From positions 3,931-67,930 of the forward strand of contig CALAUG010000060.1 of assembly GCA_937892155.1 (NCBI GenBank): 64,000 nucleotides of DNA, in the 5' to 3' direction. Each line of letters starts with the position of its first letter. The stretch's first letter is position 1. The stretch is from an uncultured Bacteroidales bacterium. GTDB taxonomy: Bacteria > Bacteroidota > Bacteroidia > Bacteroidales > UBA1715. The position numbers and the translations under genes are program-made. Shown here piece by piece: positions 63,475 to 64,000 of this stretch. The notes below the pieces were generated by a model that was not told where the DNA came from, searched no databases, and saw nothing but the letters and a program-made list of their open reading frames with translations.

Positions 63475-64000
63475 CTATATAAATTTCAATATTTTTTAAT
63501 TTCATATGATTGTCTGCAAGCCAATATTGACCATCATTGGAGCGGACAAACAAATCCAACCGAGGTTCATACGCATCTTCCACATTGAATTTTCGCGAAA
63601 TGTTCAATGTATACCATTCCCCCGCAACCATTTTTTCTTCCGCAACAAAATTCGAAATATTATCGGTGAAAGTTTGTTTCGATTTCCCATTTGTACTGCA
63701 AGCGAAACACAACGACATCTGGTGACCTTGCCAAGTATTGCCGGTAATACACATATCCGCACGAATAGCAACTTTTAGAATTTTACTATCAGCCTTCTTT
63801 TTTACCAACTGATCTTTTAATAAATAATATACATTCGGCTTCTGTTCCTTGGGACTCTTTTCCGTTGAATGACATTCAATTTCATCAATATGGAATTGAC
63901 AAACATTTGAGTAAACAGACGCTGTGTGTTTCTTCAACTTATTATTGAGATACACATAATTATTGACATACTTGAAAACATTGAGAATTTGTTCCAAACT
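63464..64000 (-). CDS. hypothetical protein, C-terminal part only (gene runs off the right edge)
   Basis: Open frame to the window end. The track start at 63997 is a TTG artefact of the window edge. It overlaps the downstream GH16-like gene by 11 nt. Confidence 0.45.
   Translation of the reverse strand, partial: SLEQILNVFKYVNNYVYLNNKLKKHTASVYSNVCQFHIDEIECHSTEKSPKEQKPNVYYLLKDQLVKKKADSKILKVAIRADMCITGNTWQGHQMSLCFACSTNGKSKQTFTDNISNFVAEEKMVAGEWYTLNISRKFNVEDAYEPRLDLFVRSNDGQYWLADNHMKLKNIEIYIDEQ

Overview
The window looks like a low-GC Bacteroidota (Bacteroidales-like) chromosome segment. Three things support this. The Bacteroides-type -7 promoter box TAnnTTTG recurs upstream of many genes. Shine-Dalgarno sequences are almost absent. 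Two proteins carry T9SS-type C-terminal sorting domains, and Bacteroidota-typical genes are present (DUF5683, DUF4286, DUF4105, a SurA/PpiC trio, ExbB-ExbD-TonB).

About 60 CDS are supported. I saw no rRNA, tRNA, CRISPR array, transposase or integrase.

Positions ~9.0-53 kb are ordinary housekeeping: glnA-like, ald, dsbD-like, cysS, xth, rsgA, efp, pfk, murI, lpxH, parAB, exbBD/tonB, radA, surA, tcdA, recQ. Positions 53-64 kb hold a divergent surface-polymer modification cluster: an MBOAT/AlgJ-like pair, an AT3 acyltransferase, GtrA, an LtaS-like protein, a large membrane protein, a PLC/GDPD-like lipoprotein and a GH16-like protein.

The left ~9 kb (1-8900) is an accessory, defence-island-like block read entirely on the minus strand. 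It contains a small metallophosphoesterase, a DUF1016/YhcG PDDEXK nuclease, a single-HKD PLD-family nuclease plus a truncated second copy of its 3-prime end, and a HigB/HigA module.

The most interesting element is a five-gene cluster at 3744-8100. It encodes three different uracil-DNA-glycosylase-fold proteins, a BCS1-like classical AAA+ ATPase, and a 185-aa protein that resembles only the C-terminal (T7-loop) half of FtsZ. I know of no described system with this composition and flag it as the candidate novel system.

All homology statements come from reading motifs by eye and from remembered family signatures. No searches or computations were run.
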